Source: Eledone cirrhosa
Lineage: Eukaryota
Length of the DNA stretch: 64,000 nt
Direction of reading: 5' to 3'
Assembly: GCA_964016885.1 (NCBI GenBank)
Contig: OZ024743.1
Coordinates: 216,628,001-216,692,000 of the forward strand
Made by a program: the position numbers and the translations under genes. Below the pieces are notes generated by a model. It did no database searches and was not told where the DNA came from. It was given only the letters and a program-made list of their open reading frames with translations. Position 1 is the first letter of the stretch. Each line of letters begins with the position of its first letter. This document shows, in pieces, positions 41,807 through 54,895 of this stretch.

Positions 41807-44800
41807 TAATGGAAAGTTAGATGTTATAGCAGCATTACGGGTTTTCTCGAAACTGTTTCTAAATCGCAGATTAACGATTAACAGTAATCTTATATTCATT
41901 CTATACATCGAGTATTTGTATGGTGCAGTGGAAATATAACCGGGTATATGTGTTTATAGATATCGATGTCTATATTAATCGGTTTAAGTTTAATAAAATG
42001 GAATTACATATATTACAAAAATGAATTTAAATTCACATATCTAGTGTTCATCTTTTAAGGAAAACATTGACAGCCAGTAATGTTTCTATATATATTACAT
42101 GTACTACATGTGTTTAAGTGTGTAACACTCATCTCTACTTCTAACTACATTCTACTACATGATATATCAAATATATTCCCCTCAAATCGGAATTTCTTGA
42201 GAAAACAGGGAAGTTTTAGACACTATGATTCAGAATATATATTTTTTAAATCATTAGTGTGTGGCTGCCAAAATCCCTTTGAAATGAAATCTAGGTGTAC
42301 TCATGACAAATTTAACAGCAACAACAGCAGCATAGTGCATTCATAGTCGCTTTACCATCTAAAGTAAATCAGAATTCTTAGTAGAGGGAGTAACATTATT
42401 CGCTCTTAAAGAATATTGGGGATGTTCTTCTGCTGCATTATTTTTATATTTCGTATATTATCCTTGTTACATTGTCACACAGATTCTTCCTGAAAATTGA
42501 TTTTATGTTACAAATGTTTACTACTGATAGTCATGTAGTGGACACAGTTATTCATATGTTATAGAAAAATATTATTAATGATGCGCTTATGACTTGTTGA
42601 TATTTAACAAACATCATATTTTCAGAAATATGGTTCAAACTATATATGTAGTACAACGACAATACTTATAGATCTCTATATGACTTCATTTAAATGTTTA
42701 TCCTTAACTCATATTTCTGTTAAACATCAAAATGCCATATAAGCAGCAATGTTTTCACTTTGTCTCTTTCTCTTTTCAAAAATGACTCATGGAAGATTAA
42801 GTTGAGTGTACCGTGCCTTACGTCAATAAATCAGACAAGCTTTCAGTTAGGATATCACAAGAAGATATATGAGAAAATCGGATTCTTTACAATATTATAA
42901 CGGGTTAGATTTCATGCAAAAAAACATTAGCCAGTTGGGTTTTGTGACAGGCTGACGTATCTTTATGAAACACCCGTGGGAGGTGGTAGTGAGATAGGAT
43001 ATCTAAGAAGGAAACAAGTCTTTTGCCTCAGTACAATAAGAATCGATTTTGATTCTGGTGTTCGCAGCTTATAACACCAACTTGTGTTAAAAGATATAAA
43101 GTTGTTTACGTCCAACTTAATTTATTACTAAGCGTAATGATATATTACATCCTGACAATATAAGGATAAATAGGGATATTCTGCTACTGCATGAATCGAA
43201 TTTGGAATAAACTGAAAAGACAGAGAATATACAGAGTAAAATAATTGTAAATGAATCCTGCGTCACTGTCTTTGATGAGTAATCTTATTCTAAATACTCA
43301 TTGAATCGTAGTGTAAATGAGTATTCCTCAAACACGTGTATCATGAACGTAATCCTTAGGCAGGATTAGTTGTGAAATATTAGGTGAAAAGGCTGGACTT
43401 TTATATTACAGATACAGTCCGTTCGAGGGAATTCTATATAGTTTATGTGTACTAAATTTCCGTAACACAAAGCTATTATTAAAGCCAATTGCACACTAAT
43501 GCTAAAATTGGATCGAAACCTGGAATTGTGTTTACATGGCTAATTTATTAACCTCGTGGCCATGCCTGTACATAACTGTAATTTCACAGAAATACGTACA
43601 CATATACACGAGTGTGTGTGTTTGTGTCATCTAGGGTGTAGTAGTTCATGATATGGTGTGGAGTGAAAATAAACAGCAGAATACTTAATACTATTAGGTG
43701 AAGTGAAATGATCTTTAATTAAAGTTTAAGTGCCGTCTGAGGAAATAACTACATGAATGCATCTTGATGTCGATTGTCAGGTAACTGAGATAATAGTAAA
43801 TAAAGCTTTCTTATATATCGCCTGGCTATACGTATCGCGATATAAAAGTAGTTGAACAGGTATAAATGAGAATGGTGTTAATTCTGCATTAATGTATTCT
43901 TTCAGGTACATTTTTTGTTCATATTGTTCGTAACAATACAAATGAAATATCACTCACAAATACACACACATACAAATTTTAAGAAGGAGAATATATTGAG
44001 AGTAATGCATTTCAGATGGCTAACTGTATGTTCCGCACTGAATGATATAGGTAGAGTGATTAACAGGCTAACGACCCCAATATGACTATAATCCTATCAA
44101 TGAGATATATCTGCTTTTTTTCTGTCTGATGTCGGTACATAATACGCATATGATATACATGAAATTGAATATATTGCATAATGTATTCATAATATCTAAC
44201 GATGTATGTATTAAACGTGTCTTTTGTTGCTCCCTCCTCTTGTTCTAAACCATTTCGTTCTATTTGTAGTTTTATAAAATGATGCCAAATGTACTTGATT
44301 ATCAGACGGTACACATGGCGATGCTAGAAAATGGTGCCCTTACGCATAATACATTTTCACGTGTCGTCTATACACAGTTTTATTTAGTAACACTTGCTCG
44401 CTATATCCTGTCGGGGGAAAAGATATTTAGTTACAACTGAAATTATATATAAACCTAATTTAGGACAAGATCATCTAGAACTGAAGAAGTACTATTTCTT
44501 TTAACAACGTAAGCAAGATATTAATGCAATAATGAATCATCGTGATTTAAATATATCAAAATATAACCAAAGTGAAAGTAATGTTCATCATTGCAGCATA
44601 TGCAGAAAGGCATATAAATCCTTGCCAAGAATAAAGAGTCATGTTCGTGTTCCCCGTGCTTGAGTGGGGGGTCAGTTGGTCGCAATTCTTAAAAGCAAGA
44701 TGCAGCAATCATGCATGTATGCATATATGTATGTATATATATATATATATGTGTATGTATATATGTGTGTATGTATGTATGTAAATATGTATGTATGAAC

Positions 44801-45080
44801 ACATAACTCATTATGGAGACATAGAGGTGCCGTTTCATAGGCATATTGAAAATTGGCGGAGCACATCCACTCAACACGAAATCCCGGAACTGAGGATCCG
44901 AATAAGGTGAAACATTTGTTCTCGGTAAGGTGAACTAACTGTTGTGGAACTACATATATACATATATGTGTGTATATATATATATATTGTTCAGAAGAGA
45001 TTATTTTGGTAAAAACGGGAGCAAACAGGAGAAAGCTCTCAACGTCGTAGTTTGTAGTTACAATGGAGATTTAGTATAAT

Positions 45081-45546
45081 TGTTTCTACTTTAGGCACAA
45101 GGCCTGCAGTTACCCAGTACATTACTTGTGCTTTATTTTATCGACGCCATAGGCATGAAAGGCAAAGTTAACTTTGAAATCAGAAAGTAAAGGGCCACAA
45201 CTCTATGCTACAAGGCATGGTGTCTAACGTTCTACCGATACTGTCAATCCCAGATTCAGTATAATAATTGTTTCTACTTTTTGGCACAAGGCCAGCAATT
45301 ACCCAGTACATTACTCGTACTTTATTTTATCGACCCCGAAAGGATTCAGTATAATAATTGTTTCTACTATTGGCACAAGGCCAGAAAATTACCCAGTACA
45401 TTACTGGTACTTTATTTTATCGACCCCGTAAGGATGAAAGGCAAAGTTAACCTCGGCGGGATTTGAACTCAGAATGGCAAGGGCCGTAACTCTATGCGTC
45501 AAAGCATGGCGTCCGAACCTCTACCGATACTGCCAATCCACCGCCA
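45081..45546 (-). mobile_element. Three tandem SINE copies (diverged, truncated, young)
   Basis: Copies at ~45081-45250, 45269-45344, 45359-45546, separated by repeats of TTCAGTATAATAAT. Confidence 0.9.
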
Positions 45547-45879
45547 TTCAGTATAATAATAACTTTCAGATAGATGCTGATGTTACATAAATCGCTTATT
45601 CAAAATTTTTTCGAAGGTTCTCCACTCCGGAAAACACGGCGGCTGGGAGAGACTCTTTTAAGAACGCATATGTCTGCCGGGCGTACGAACAGAAGGAGGT
45701 ATTCTTTTCTACCGACGGCATATCACAAATTGATTTCATCTGAAGATACCGTTCCCATAAGTACAAAAAAATGCATGCATTACATCTTGGACTGCATGGG
45801 AGAACCGTTGAAATATTTATTAGGAATAAACGATTTATGTAACATCAGCATCTTTCTTAATTTCAGTGAATTGTCAGTA

Positions 45880-46066
45880 TAGGTGGTGGGTCGGACGCCA
45901 TGCTTTCCAGCATAGAGTTATGTCTCTTTACGGTCTAAGTTCAAATACTGCCGAGGTTAACTTTGCCTTTTACTCTTACGGAGTCAATAAAATAAAGTAC
46001 CAGTCACGTAGTGGAGTCGATTTTCCCCTCCCCCAAAATTGCTGGCCTTGTGCCTATATAAGAAAC

Positions 46067-46100
<34 letters not shown>
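45880..46100 (+). mobile_element. SINE (longer subfamily) with (ATT)n tail
   Basis: GTTCAAATACTGCCGAGGTTAACTTTGCC...TGGCCTTGTGCC, then (ATT)n at 46068-46100. Confidence 0.8.
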
Positions 46101-46771
46101 GTTCTTTGAGTCTCAGTCATTGATGTTAGTTAACTGGAAAGTTTGTTGAAATGAATATCAAGCCACTACCTGCAGCCTCAGATATTCAGGACGTATCGGA
46201 GGGTTCTTGCTGTTCCCAGCAAGCATGCCTTCTGAAGCGTTCCAAAAAGCGTGAAGGTGACAATTTTCTTTAACTATCCCTGGAAATTTTTTGAGATAGT
46301 ACCTAGTACGCCTATGACAATCGGGACCACTTTGACTTTATGGCAGTTCCAAATCCTTTTTACCTCCCACTTTAAGTCCTGGTATCGGTTAATTTTCTCC
46401 CTCTCCTTCTCTTGCACTCTCGTGTCGAATGGGCAGGCCACATCCACAATCAGGCACGATCTTTTTTCTTTGTCCACAACCACCAGGTCAGGTCTATTGT
46501 GTTCCAGTTTCTTGTCCGTCTGTATCCTAAAATTCCACAGCACCTTCACCTGATCGTTTTCTATCACCGACTCTGGCTTATGCTCATACCACTTCTCAGA
46601 ATGTGGTAAATTGTTTACTTTGCATAGGTGCCAGTGGATCACCCTGCTCATCACATCATGTTTCCAGCCCTTATAGTGAGTATGGACTAGGTGTTTACAC
46701 TCGGATACAATGTGAGCCACAGTCTCCTCTCTCTCTCCAAAGATCCCGCACAGTGGGCTAGCCTCCTCCTT
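46101..46771 (-). mobile_element. 3' fragment of an R4/Dong-clade non-LTR retrotransposon (zinc knuckle + restriction-like endonuclease)
   Basis: ORF 46274-46720: HIVSEC, RPDLVVVD, IVDVACPFD, KINRYQDL, PIVIGVLG; downstream LQKACLLGTARTLR; ends in (TAA)n. Confidence 0.88.
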
Positions 46772-47610
46772 GGAGACTATTCTCAGCTAAGTTCCCAGGC
46801 AATGCGCGGACACTAGGAACCCATATAAAAAATTAGTTACATTACGTTACTATATTTACTCCCTTACAGAAACTAATTAGTTGGAGTGAACATTTTAGTA
46901 AGTAAATTAATTTTTAATTTTTAAAATGTTCTTATTTTACGTCTTTCATATAATTGTTCTGCATCCACCTGCATAGAACCACAAAGGTACTAAGACATAA
47001 CATATATATTTGGTAGCATGGGTATACATCTGTATACATATATTGGTAGATAAACTAATTCTCTATATTTAACTCCAAATTATTTGATGAGTAAAACTTG
47101 CCAAAATTTACTGCCATGGTTCATGGTAGTAGTAGTAGGCACTTGTCATAATACCACCCCACTCCTCACTGATTGACCTCAGTGTCACGTGATTGATTCT
47201 TTAGAATTTGCCACTGACCCAGTAGGCAGTGAATTGTTTTCAGTGCTCTGGAATTTAGTCCCCGCTAGCTTTATTCCATCCACTGAATTATTATTTTTAT
47301 ATGGGTTCCTAGTGTCCGCGCATTGCCTGGGAACTTAGCTGAGAATAGACTCCCTAATGACGTAAGGAATTCTCTGTAGTTACATTACGTAACTATATTT
47401 ACTCCCTTACAGAAACTAATTAGTTGGAGGGAACATTTTAGTAAGTAAGTTAATTTTTTTATTTTTTAAATTTTATTATTTTACGTCTTTCATATAATTG
47501 TTCTGCATCCCCCTGCATAGAACCACAAAGGTACTAAGACATAACATATATATTTGATAGCATGGGTATACATCTGTATACATATGTTGGTAGATATACT
47601 AATTCTCTCT
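46772..47610. repeat. Composite of 60-bp inverted repeats (46772-46832 / 47292-47352) and ~230-bp direct repeats (46835-47065 / 47378-47607)
   Basis: Direct comparison. Confidence 0.8.
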
Positions 47611-47840
47611 CTATGTATATATGTAGCTGAACTTAGCATGCTCCACCAAAATTTATTTCAATGAAATGTGATGATTTCGTGTTATTGAATTTCAATGCCT
47701 GATTTTTCTGTTCACAGTCTTCATTTGAAGTTGCATCTATGGTATGTGATTTGCATTCAAATAGGTAATTAATCACAGATTCAGGCTTGTATCTCACTAT
47801 TCTATGAGTCTGTATAACTCACTTTTTCTCTTCCTTTCTC

Positions 47841-47903
<63 letters not shown>

Positions 47904-48969
47904 GGTATATATATATATATATATACGTTTATGACAAAGATACCATCAATCACAAGATAATCATTATCAGTACTGCATCCATCATCATCATTTACAACCA
48001 CTACTATCATAATCATCACAGCTGTTGTCCTAATCATAACCATTTTAATTTCCACTAACCTCAGCCACATCGCCATTATTATACTTCACGCTAGGACATA
48101 TTACATATTGGCTGTAACATTCGTATGAAATAAAGTTTTCATTTTCTTCGTCTCCAGTAACATCAAGATCACATCACTGTTATCACCGCCACAGTCGTCT
48201 CCGTCTTCTTTACATCTATTGTTGCAGTATATATTTTCAATATTTCTGCTTAGTTCTGTCATAGTGTATGTCATTCTTCTCCCGTTACCTTGTTTAAACG
48301 CTTGTTTTATTTTGTGTCTGTGTTTTTTCCGTTATTTTAAGAGCATTTTTTCTGATATGTTGTTCTTCTTGCTGATGATAATTCTGACATTATTATGCTT
48401 TTTTTCCCTTCCAATAAACCACTTGATGTATATACATATGTTTACATGACATGTTAAAATTTGACAGCCAGAAAATACCGTAATGATTTTTTAAATATAT
48501 ATATTTTATATAACCAATTCTTACGTTGCTGGTTTGTTTTTTATCCATGTTAGCCATTCATATAGCAGACAAACAATGGAAGGTGTCCCAGCCATGACCA
48601 TGTCGTGGTATATTTAGATGTGCTGTATCTAAACAATATAACCACTGTCTTTCTTTCTTTTTTTCATGTTATTATTTGGTTTGATGAATAATTGATCGTT
48701 ATTTCTAGTTAGTCGAATGATCCCTTAGTTATATTGCTTGTTTTCAATGCTAAATAGTGAATTGAGATAATCATTTAAGAGTACAATTGTCATATGCTTT
48801 TTAGTACCGTGACCTTACATTCAAATCTCGGGTTCAAATCTCGCAGGGTGATATAGTTCCTTTTATCATTGTCTGTTAGATAAAATATAGTTCATTTCAA
48901 GCACTTGGGTCCATATCATCGACATTCACTTCTCTCTAAACGGCTGGCAGAGTACCAAAATTAGAAATC

Positions 48970-49230
48970 CCTTACAATCAACATGCGAGTGCACTTAACT
49001 GGTTACGAAAGTGTCAGTAAGTTTGCCATCCAACTACTTAAATTGGGAAAAGGACTTCTTGAAAAGGACTCCAATGACCATAATCAGTTGTCATTTAGCC
49101 ATATCATTGACACAGAACAAAAACTGATTGCCAGAGTGTTTCAAATATTCACAGCAGGCAATGTGATCTGAAATGGCTCTGTGAACGAGCAATCTTAGCA
49201 CCTAAAAATGTTGCTGTGAAAGAAATCAAC
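48970..49230 (+). pseudogene. Helitron Pif1-like helicase fragment
   Basis: NMRVHL..G..F..QLLKLGKG and, after a frameshift, WLCERAILAPKNVAVKEIN. Confidence 0.75.
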
Positions 49231-49244
49231 AGAAGGCCAGATAC

Positions 49245-49620
49245 CATGGTTTGCAGCATAGAGTTATGACCCTTTATGTTCTGAGTTCAAATCCCGCCGA
49301 TGTTAACTTTGCCTTTTATCCTTATGGGGTCGATAAAATAAAGTACCAGTAACGTACTGGGGTCGATTACATCGACTTTCCCCCTCCCCCAAATTACTGG
49401 CATTGTGCCTATACTAGAAATCATTATGCTTTAACGCATAGAGCTACAGTCATTTACGTTCTGAGTTCAAATCCCTCCGAGGTTAACTTTGTCTTTCATC
49501 CTTACGGGGTCGATAAAATAATGTACCAGTAACACATTGGGGTCAATTTAATTGACTTTCCCGTTCAGAGTTCAAAACCGGCTTATGTCAACTTGGCCTT
49601 TCATTCTTTCGATGTTAATA
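49245..49620 (+). mobile_element. Cluster of 2-3 truncated SINE copies
   Basis: Repeated GTTCTGAGTTCAAATCCC...GTTAACTTTG...GGGGTCGATAAAATAA. Confidence 0.85.
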
Positions 49621-49669
49621 AATGTAAGATAATTGGCGCGAAGATCTGACCCGATACGTCGGACCCACA

Positions 49670-49702
49670 TGGCCCAATATGGCTAGAGATATAAAGCAGT
49701 GG
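49670..49702 (+). pseudogene. Possible Gypsy integrase zinc-binding-region remnant
   Basis: Reads WPNMARDIKQW; only 11 codons of support. Confidence 0.3.
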
Positions 49703-50462
49703 AAGGTCAACCAGGGAGGGTTCCTCCAACTAGAATGAGAAAGCCCAGGATTCAGATTGGGATTTGAAAATGAAGTACCATTCCATGAGCGGTATCTATT
49801 CCAGTTCTGTACATCATGGTTTGAAATACCTCCTCCTGTCATCCGTATAAGCAGTGATACTCGTGCTGTGAGTTGCACCGACACATGGTATCAGCAATGG
49901 AAAGACCAATAGAAACATTGAGGATAGGTTCATTGTATTTCTATTTCGTTAGAGCTATTGATATTTCCTACCAGATCTCTGTGTTCTGAGTTCAAATGTC
50001 ACCGAGATCCACTTTTCCTTTTATCTTTTCGGGTTCGATAAATAAAGTATCAGTCCCGTGCTGGTGCAATCATCTTCCAGCCGTCACATTCCGGGTGTTT
50101 CGCTGAATCAATGGAGAAATGGTCGAGTGAGTATTTGTATCTGTTCGCAACTGAATGGGGACCTAAACTCCTAAGCGCATGCATGGTACATACCAGCAAA
50201 TGGTTCTCCGTTGTGTGTGACAGCTATAGTTTCACGAGAACCTATTGTATGCTATAGTAGTCCCCAAGGAGACCCAAGCATTACGAGGAATAGGTTGATG
50301 GAAATGGATTTTACTTGTTTATATCGAATCTAGCCCAGGATTTTTCTTTTTCAACGTCAGTACATATTTTATCGATCTGTATTTGTCGAACCGTAAAGTT
50401 ATGGGATACTATCTGTAAACATAACCACACCCACAAACAAGATAAATCGATACACACATGCG

Positions 50463-50503
<41 letters not shown>

Positions 50504-50510
50504 TTTTACA

Positions 50511-50670
50511 CGGACGCCATGCTTTAACGCATAGAGTTATAGCCCTTTCCAAATCCCGCCAAGGTTTACTTTGTCTTTCATCCTTACGGGGTCGATAAAA
50601 TAAAGTACCAGTAATGTACTGGGTAATTGCTGGCCTTGTGCCAAAAGTAGAAACAATTATTATTATTATT
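50511..50670 (+). mobile_element. 5'-truncated SINE
   Basis: Matches the family; (ATT)n tail. Confidence 0.85.
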
Positions 50671-50758
50671 TCCAGACAGGCGTTGACCCCGAGCATGATG
50701 ATTGGATAACATCCATGAGCTTGACTGGTCTGGCTTGGAGATACGGCTGCATCTGTTG

Positions 50759-50959
50759 GAAGAAGAAGAAGAAGAAGAAGAAGAAGAAGAAGAAGAAGAA
50801 GAAGAAGAAGAAGAAGAAGAAGAAGAAGAAGAAGAAGAAGAAGAAGAAGAAGAAGAAGAAGAAGAAGAAGAAGAAGAAGAAGAAGAAGAAGAAGAAGAAG
50901 AAGAAGAAGAAGAAGAAGAAGAAGAAGAAGAAGAAGAAGAAGAAGAAGAAGAAGAAGAA
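50759..50959 (+). repeat. Perfect (GAA)n tract, about 67 units
   Basis: Direct reading. Confidence 0.97.
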
Positions 50960-53900
50960 TTTATTTTATTTATATATTTTCCGAGGCAAAAGGCTCGGCG
51001 GATCATCAATATTGTGTCCAAGAATGTACGATTCTTTTAATGTACGAATCTCGTTTGAAAAGTTCATAGACACACTATGAAGTAATGATACTAGAGCTGT
51101 GATATCTTGCATGTATTAATTTAAAATCTTATTAATAACTGCGTTGTTTATTTCGAGGAACTATGTTGAAAACTATACCACATTTGTTCATTATGAGTAG
51201 GTCTTTGACAACCTCTGAATATTTCACCCAATGATCATTTCAGCTGATCCTCGAATCATCCAGGTAATTCGGACTAGGTTCTCCCTAGATTGTTTGTCAT
51301 CTAATGAATGAGATAAAGTACAAGCATATACCTTTTGGGTTTATTTCTGAAGTCGCGGTTATGATCCCTCTGTGTGGAACCATGGGTGTGTTTTCAGCTA
51401 CCTGCATTTGGTCACTTTATTCTTGGTGCCACACTTTCTTAACATTTTGTTTACTCCGGACGGGTGCTTTGTCACTGCCTCAAACTTGTCGATTGGTATC
51501 TTCTATACTGCGGGATACAGGAAAATAAGAAAGTAAGTATTGATAACATACCAATAAAGCATTAAAGGTAGATAGGTGTCAGATATAACGGTGGTAATGA
51601 GGGGTAAATATTTAAAAGGCTATATGAAGTGCTAAGATAAGGTAATACTAGGTAAGAAAGGGCAGGAAAAAGTAAAATATACTATATAAATATAAAGAAA
51701 GAGGGTGTGAAAATGCTTATAAACATATATTATAAGTAAAAAGCGTGTACACTGAGTATAAAGTGTTTCATTCGGATACATATAATGTAGTACATGATAT
51801 GCAAAATATGGTTGAAACGTATTTGATTTTAATTGCCTGACTTGGAGATAAATAACAATACTTACTATGACCATTATTCGCAAAAATCATTATATGTACC
51901 GCTATTGTAATTTTCAACTCGAATCAGCATGACGCCGTATGTGACAACTCTTGCCTGTTAGCTCACTATTACCTCCATCCGACAGCCTTCCATACAATTT
52001 TCCTCTTAATTTCATTCTCAAATGGTTATATGCTTGGTATATGCTTGTACTTTATCTCATTCATTAGATCCTCTTTTGGAAGGTTAATATATTTTGTCTG
52101 ACACTGCATATGGTACGAGTGTTGTTGCACATATGATATCAAAGAATTACTACAATGTAATGTAGAGTACTTGCGTGGTTACCATAAACCCATCTTTCAA
52201 ACAAACGCTAGCTTAGATACGGCATCATACGCCATGTTTCAATATTTCTATTAATTCTATATCCCCTTGTTGCTTATTTGAATTCTTCCATTCATATGAA
52301 GCTCTTTTCTCTTATTGGGCCGTGGGGATGAAGAAGATTAAAAAATGTATTTTCTGGATTGTTACTATGACTACAGCAACTACTGGTGTTCTCATGTTGC
52401 TGGGATTGTTTAGTTATGTATAGTCTTTACGTTTTTTCTCTTTATTTATTGCCACTCATTATTCTTTCTTTTTGTGCCAAAGAGAGCTCACAATCCATTC
52501 TATGTCAATTCTAACTTGAGTGCGATTGTTGTTTCTGTTTTTGCTTCGCTATTTATTGGTGCTATTGTAGATAATGCTGTTGATGCTGCTGCTAAATCTC
52601 TATATTCTGTATTGTGTGTCCAGAAAATACTTTTACCAAAGCATTTGCGGCATTTGTTTTTGTTTGTAGACTTTTTGTATTTTCGTGTTTCTTTTTAAAC
52701 TTGCCCGTAATAACGACAATTGTGGCTATTTCATTTTTATTTGAAATTTAGATTTATTGATATTTCTTTTGTTTGCACTAGAGCCGACGTACATGATGTA
52801 GACGCTGATGCTATTTATTTGCAGATCTTGTTGCTGTAGTGAATGTTACATTTACTGTTCATTAAACTGTCTTTAGTTACGTCTCCTGTGTTCTTATGGC
52901 GGCAAATAATATTACCGTTGCTGGTTTTTGCTGTTTCCACTTTCTCATATCACTGTAGTTATTGTTTTTCTTACAGATGTTAGTGATTCTTGTCTTGGTG
53001 TTATTACCACACTGAATCATGTTGCAGCTCTGAATTAGGTTTGCGGTTGAATACGGCCTTACTGCAGCAGATGTTGTACAAAATGTTGCTACATTAACTT
53101 TATGATATTGTATCCATGATGTAGTTAAAACACAAATAAGCCATGATAGAGCAGACATATGATCATAAAGATTCAAGCCTTGATCATCCATATCTGCTTA
53201 TTTCCACCAGTATTATTTTATCTAATGAGCTCAATTACTTTTTAAGTGCAGTTGGCCGTGACATAAGACAGAATCTATCAGTACAAATATATGTTAAGTG
53301 TGATAGAGTTGACATAATTGATGCATGGACTGTTCAACGGATACTAGAAGTAAATATGAGGTAACAAAAATAATTATATTAATCATTGATTAATAATTAT
53401 TTTGAATGTGACGTAAGAGGAAACAGAAAATGTACAGGACTTCATTCCGACCTCACCAACGAACAATAGACTTCACTGTAGTAGCTAAAATGGCGATGAC
53501 AGACTCACAAAGTAAATGTAATGGATTAGACATGTGTTGGCGGAGGTATATAGAATTGGGAATTAATTATAAATTGAATAATTCAAAGATTTCATTTCTT
53601 TTAGTTCTTATTTATATATATTCGTTCAATATCTATTCAGAATATTGATTTCTTTCCAATAGACACAAAGCCTGTTTTAGAAACCATCACCATTGTAATT
53701 ACTATTGTTTATGGGAACGAGAAATGTGACAACCCATAGATAGACGAACAGACAGACAAATGGAATGATAGATACGACCAGTTCTAGGAGAGGGTGTCTG
53801 CTTGTGCAATTGTGCAAGGTGCTTGTTTTAGTGTTGCTCCAGTTCGCTTAGTTTAAACTGAGTATGGGTTGATATTGTGACGGACAATACTAAATTAAAC

Positions 53901-54284
53901 CGAGTTAAGCACTTGATGACTTCCAGGAAACGTAACGTTCGTTTTCCTTCTGCGTTCAAAACTTACCACTTGTGCTTGACTTTCATTTTCATCGTCGATG
54001 AAATAATAGACACGTACAGTAGTCGATTTAATCGACTATATCCTCCCCTAAAATATGTGGTCTTAAATAAATATGTTTATTATAATTACACCTGTTTTGG
54101 TTTTTATTGCTGATGTTTATAGCAATGAATGAACAGACTAGATCAAAAGTGACCCACCAAGCCATGACAAATTGTTCTTTTCTTCATTTATTATATAAGA
54201 CACAAGTACTCGCAACCCCAATCTGCCTTGTTTATTTCCATTTTAGTTATTAAAGAATGTAGTTTGAATAGAAATTGACCATTA

Positions 54285-54383
54285 TTTTAGCAGTTGAAAT
54301 GACCACGTTGATACTATTTAGCAGCTGAAATGACCACGTTGATACTATTTAGCAGCTGAAATGACCACGTTGATACTATTTAG
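54285..54383. repeat. 31-bp minisatellite, ~3 copies
   Basis: GACCACGTTGATAC at 54301, 54332, 54363. Confidence 0.9.
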
Positions 54384-54725
54384 TTATTATTATTACGTTG
54401 TCGGAAATGTAGTTGAAGATGTTGGTGCTGGCACCGTTGCGTTTATCCTACTTTTGTCTATAAAACTTAAATATGTACAACATTACTAATTGATGCCAAC
54501 AGAAGCTAAAACAATAACATAATATACAAAAACAAATAAAGTAAATAATAACAACTTTTGTACACGGGAAATGTTCAATATCTATAGAGTCACGTTGATC
54601 AAACATGAGAATAGAATATATGTACTGAAGTGGTAGTCGGGCTATTTGTGAAATGTATTTCTGTATATATATACAAACACAAACACACACACACACACAC
54701 ATACACCCCCCCCCCACACACACAC

Positions 54726-54782
<57 letters not shown>

Positions 54783-54830
54783 ATATATATACGATATAAC
54801 AAATGGAAACTATATTTATAAAACCATATT

Positions 54831-54895
54831 TATTTCATTATACATATTTCAAGGATACCAAGTTAAATTATGGTATGCCTTCATCAGACAAAATA
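54831..54895 (-). ncRNA. Type I HHR with intact core near a (TA)n junction
   Basis: Minus: TATTTTGT-CTGATGA-AGGCATACCA(10 nt)TGGTATCCTT-GAAA-TATGTA-TA-ATGAAATA. Confidence 0.72.

Noticed and set aside
40400-45000. Host gene exons in the less repetitive region
   Set aside because: No ORF with recognisable protein features and no convincing splice pattern; short exons cannot be excluded.
50584-51080. Poly-E, poly-K and poly-S ORFs
   Set aside because: Translations of the (GAA)n tract.
54285-54383. 31-bp repeats as CRISPR
   Set aside because: Contiguous with no spacers; eukaryotic context.
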